Assembly (NCBI GenBank): GCA_963843375.1
Contig: CAWJKT010000006.1
Span: 32,001-96,000, forward strand
DNA length: 64,000 nucleotides
Direction: 5' to 3'
Source: an uncultured Pseudomonadota bacterium
Lineage (GTDB): Bacteria > Oederibacteriota > Muellerivitia > Muellerivitales > Muellerivitaceae
Shown here: positions 60,121-64,000 of the stretch, piece by piece
How positions within the stretch are numbered: position 1 is the first letter of the stretch
Layout of the letters: every line of letters starts with the position of its first letter
Notes under the pieces: generated by a model
Seen by the model: only the letters and a program-made list of their open reading frames with translations
What the model was told of the DNA's origin: nothing
Database searches by the model: none
Position numbers and translations under genes: made by a program

Positions 60121-62272
60121 TCATTTTTGCCCGGCGGCCCTGAGGGATTCGTCCAGGGTGGGCCGGAGTTCCTTTTCCGAGTCTTTCTGCAAACCGGTTA
60201 AAAAAGCGATCACCGACGGCGTATGAAAATGGCCCAGAGCCTCCAGCGCCGCCCGTCGGACCTCCAGACTCCTGTTTTTCTTGCCTTCCATCATCTTGTA
60301 CTTGTCGGCCCATTCCATGAGGAACCCCACGCCAGAAGGATCTTCCAATTCCCCCATGACCTGGCAGGCTTTTACCCAAAATAACTCACGATCCTTTGCG
60401 CGGGCAGAGTTTTGTTTGACGGCCTCGCCTATCAATTGTCCATCCCCTTCTAGTCCAACTTTTGAAATCACCTGGAGCGCTTGCAGTGCCAATGGATTTT
60501 CCGGCTTCTTTAAAAGTTCGAGGAGGAGGCCCCTAAAATCGGATCTTTTCCACTGTTCCACGATTTCCAAAATTTTCAATTGGGCGGCCGGTCCAAAAGA
60601 GGTCCAATGCCGCTCGAAATAATCGGCCATTTCCCCCGTGAGGGGCTTCACTTTGAATATTTCCAGGAACTTTTCCAGTTGCCCCCTTTTTTCCGGCCAT
60701 TCCAGCCAAAATTCAAAAACATGGGCTCCCCCAACCTGCAAGGCGTATAAAAAATCCACCGCTTTTTTCCAATCGGCGCTTTCCAGAGATTCGTCCTCGA
60801 TCTTTCGGAACAGAAAAGGGGTCGCCCGGTTACCCAATATCGTGAAAAGTTTCAAAATTTCTTCGCCATCGCGGGTCTCCGCCTGGTACCTTTTCATGAG
60901 CGAGTCCAGTATGGGTTCGCAAAACATGGTTTCCAATGCCACTTTGGCGGCCTCGTTTTGCTTTTCAAAAGCCGGGGGCTTTTTCTCGGCAGCCGTTTTC
61001 AACAACCGTGTCATCTCCAATATTTCTTCCCAATCGGGATGGGCCAATTCCGAGGGAATCCAATCCTGAACCAGGGTTAGGGCTATGGGATAAACCGCCG
61101 ATCGATGAGTTTCCGAAAGAAATTTCCTCAAATTTCGAAGGCCATCTTTTTGAAGAATCCGGGGTATCCCGTTCCATTGCAACCGATTCAAATGCCTCAG
61201 ACAAAGGGCTTGGGTTTTTTCGTCACCCGAATTTATCTTTTCCCACAAAGCGTTCCAAAAGGTCTCGAAAATCTCCAGTTTTTCCGGTTCTTGAAGGCCG
61301 GAAATATGTTGGTTTACTTTTTCTTCAAAGTTGGGATCCCAAAAAACTTCCCAACGTTGCTCGTCAATCGCCGTGAGAACTGGGTCGGCTTCAAAAAGGG
61401 AGGCCTGGTCTGGAATATAGCTGGGGGGCGGGGCTTGCGGAAGAGAATCGCTGGCCCCGGGAACCTGGATTCCCTGGGTCTCGCCCAAAAAAACTAATTT
61501 CTTGAGTAATTCCTCCATACTGATTTGGACATCCTTAACAGGTGCCGCGACGAGATTATTTTTAAGGGCCATGAACCCGCCAAATACCTCGGTCCAGGCT
61601 TGGGCCGTTGCCGGTGGAGCCTTGGGGTGTTGGGGATTCGTTTCATCACCCTCCGTATTCAACCAATTTCCCATATTGTCCATAAGCTTCCGGGCCAATT
61701 CATGTTTATTACTATCGGGCCTAACCTTCGCGAATATCTGAAGAAAATATTGGAGCGCTTCGAGGGCCTCCTGCAGATTTTGTTCACCGCCCGGTCCCCC
61801 AACAGTTCCAGCGGGAACTACCATCTTCCCCTTCCCCCACCGCCACAAAGACCTTTTCATTCGCCCGGATATGTTCCAGTGAATGCTGGACCAACGCTTG
61901 GGAAAACGAGACTCCAGTCGGCAGACCTTTGGGTTTCAAAAGCGAAAAAAGAGTCTTCACCTCCTCCGCGGCAAGCCCTTTCAACAAGGTCAGGCTGTGA
62001 ATCTTATGAGTGAGGAAAAGGTCCTTGATCATGTTGGTGGACCCCGTCGTATGCTCGTCTAAGGGAGTCCCTTCCACCACCAGCCGACCTTCCGATTCCC
62101 CCAGCATGACGGAAGGCATTTCCTGGAAAAGTCCATCCAGGGCGGTCAAAAATCTTTGGATGGAAAGAAGCGCCATATTGTTTTCGGAAGCGTAAAGGAA
62201 AAAATTGGAGAGGGATACGCGCAACTCCCGCACCATGGAAGAAGCCACTTGAATTTGAAGCGGATTCAACAT
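60121..62272 (-). CDS. HEAT-repeat protein, split by a frameshift near 61830
   Basis: ORFs 61784..62272 and 60121..61860 overlap across a G-rich run; C-terminal VRRAALEALG HEAT motif. Confidence 0.6.
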
Positions 62273-62418
62273 AAAGATTTCCCCTAAAACCCATACGGAG
62301 GGCGAAAAAGTTTTTGAAAACCTATTTTGTCAGGGTTTCCGGAAAAGAATAAGCTATTTCTTCAATCTTCAAGAATATTGTATCCAAAGAACTTTGAATT
62401 TAGTTTTGAGATGAACTT

Positions 62419-63510
62419 CTAGGGATTTTGGCGGTAATCCCAGGATGTGGTTGAAAGCGAAACCTCTGCCAAAGCTTCCTCCAAGCGGGGCCTATAGGGC
62501 GAGAGGCCGCAAGCGGGATCCGTTACGGTTGGATTTCCGGTGAGCAAGGCCGCCTGGCAGCGGCATCCGCCAAAATCCACTTCCTTGAGATCGCAGGAGG
62601 CGCAAGGTTCGGGCATCCATTGGGTGCCTCGAAAGCGGTTAAAGGATTCGGAATCCTTCCAAATCCAGGAAAGGGATTTTTCTCCCACGTTTTCCAATTT
62701 CAAAGATCCGATGGAATAGGCCGTGGGGCAGGGCAATACCTCTCCCCAGGGATTTACCGTGATATATCGCCGGCCCCAACCGTTCATGCAGGGTTTGGGC
62801 CGGTCGTAAAAATAATCGGGGATCACATAAAGGACTTCCATTTTCCCCTTCAACCGCGCTCGGGCCTTTTCAGCCACAAGCGAGGAGGCGAGGACCTGTT
62901 TCCGGGTAGGCAAAAGCTTCGACCGGTTGCGGAAGGCCCAGCCGTAATACTGGGTGTTGGCCACTTCTAGCCGGTGGGCGCCCATTTGTTCCGCCAGGTC
63001 GATGAGGGCCTCCAGTCGGTCAATATTGGCCCGATGGAGGACGATATTGACCGTGAGTGGCAACCCCAGTGAACGGACCAGTCTGGGCGGCTTCCAGTTT
63101 TTCGAATGGGCGTGGGTCCCGGCGATCTCATCGGCCAGGGATTCCTCATCGGCCTGGAAACTGAGTTGAACGCTGTCCAAACCGGCATTTCTAAGGGACT
63201 TGGCCCTGGTCTCTGATAAGCCCATGCCGCTGGTGATGAGGTTGGTATAAAGGCCCAAACCATGGGCATGAACAACCAGTTCTTCTAGGTCATGGCGCTG
63301 GAGCGGTTCTCCACCCGAAAAAAAAACGTGCAAGACCCCTAAATCCCGGGCTTGGTTCATAACCTCTTTCCACTTTTCCCCCGTTAAATCGCCGCCCTTT
63401 CCGGCTCCCTTCTCAAGCGGATTGGAACAATAGGGGCAATGCAGAGGGGCAGCGGTAGGTGAGTTCGGCTAAAAGCCCCAAGGGACGAAATTCCAGATGG
63501 TTTTCCAGCC
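62419..63510 (-). CDS. pqqE: PqqE radical SAM peptide cyclase (frameshifted in this assembly)
   Basis: LLAELTYRCP..C..C motif split by a frameshift near 63447; SGGEPL, YTNLITSG, ANTQYYGWA, PKPCMNGWG, SPASM DFGGCRCQA; start uncertain. Confidence 0.85.
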
Positions 63511-63536
63511 CTAGGGGTTCGCCGATAGAGATCTGT

Positions 63537-63837
63537 TCAACTTTTGTGGATTGGGTGGAAGGGCTCCGCCCATTCGATCAAACCCTTGGATTCAAGCCTT
63601 TGGAGTAAATTCCCGGACATCCCCTTCCAATTGGGAGACGGGGGTTTTAAAGAAAACGGACATTTTTCCCAAAAGTTGAGACAGGCTCCGGTCCCCGTCG
63701 CAAAAACCCAGGATCGCCGCGGCGCTTTCATTGAGGTTTAAAAGCCCCTCAGGAAACAAAAGCACCTGAAGACCCGTGGCAGGATCCTTCTGAAGTTTTG
63801 CCCTGGCCGCCAGTCGGGGAGCTAGATGATCTTCCAT
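63537..63837 (-). CDS. pqqD: PqqD peptide chaperone (frameshift near 63605)
   Basis: VLLFPEGLLNLNESAAAILGFCDG...DVREF, continuing LQRLESKGLI in another frame. Confidence 0.85.
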
Positions 63838-63840
63838 GTT

Positions 63841-64000
63841 TCAGCCTTCCGCTCCGCCATAGGCTGCGGCCATAGCGTCCAAAAGATCCCACAAAAGCCC
63901 GCACTTAAAAGAAAGCGCCTTCACGGCTTCCTCTTGGAGCTCACGGGTATCGCAATAGGTAAAAGCCAGTTCCAAACCCTGGTCCGAATCCAACCGTGCT
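63841..64000 (-). CDS. pqqC: PqqC C-terminus (partial, runs off the window)
   Basis: Manual translation ARLDSDQGLELAFTYCDTRELQEEAVKALSFKCGLLWDLLDAMAAAY*; lies directly upstream of pqqD. Confidence 0.8.
   Translation of the reverse strand, partial: ARLDSDQGLELAFTYCDTRELQEEAVKALSFKCGLLWDLLDAMAAAYGGAEG

Noticed and set aside
43977..63610. Programmed frameshifting or genuine pseudogenes at ~44018, ~61830, ~63447 and ~63605
   Set aside because: Most breaks fall at short homopolymer runs in otherwise intact genes, which is most simply explained by long-read indel errors.
63686..63705. GGTCCCCGTCG match to the cassette site inside pqqD
   Set aside because: It lies within a coding region (FCDGDR) and lacks both outer arms, so it is probably a chance match.

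Overview
Bacterial chromosomal window, probably from a diderm organism (TonB-dependent receptor, beta-barrel-like proteins, T9SS-like C-terminal domains). The left flank (1-13.5 kb) encodes a cardiolipin synthase, a Ser/Thr kinase-WD40 protein next to an FHA-adenylate cyclase, secreted GH12 and GH44 glycanases and a DEAD-box helicase. The right flank (35-64 kb) holds a dense two-component/sigma-54 signalling cluster, a TonB receptor-YfiR-kinase module, envelope enzymes and the end of a pqqCDE operon. The main discovery is at 13.56-34.9 kb: a ~21 kb integron-like gene-cassette array. Seventeen copies (plus one half-site) of a 30-bp imperfect palindrome, consensus TTGTCCACGACGGG-TC-CCCGTCGTGGACAA, all in the same orientation, separate short, mostly co-oriented (minus-strand) cargo units. 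The cargo includes four toxin-antitoxin pairs, two GNATs, oxidoreductases, lipoproteins and AT-rich orphans. The site is not attC-like or CRISPR-like and has the symmetry of a site-specific recombinase core site. No recombinase gene is visible in the window. Several frameshifts at homopolymer runs in the right half suggest long-read assembly errors.
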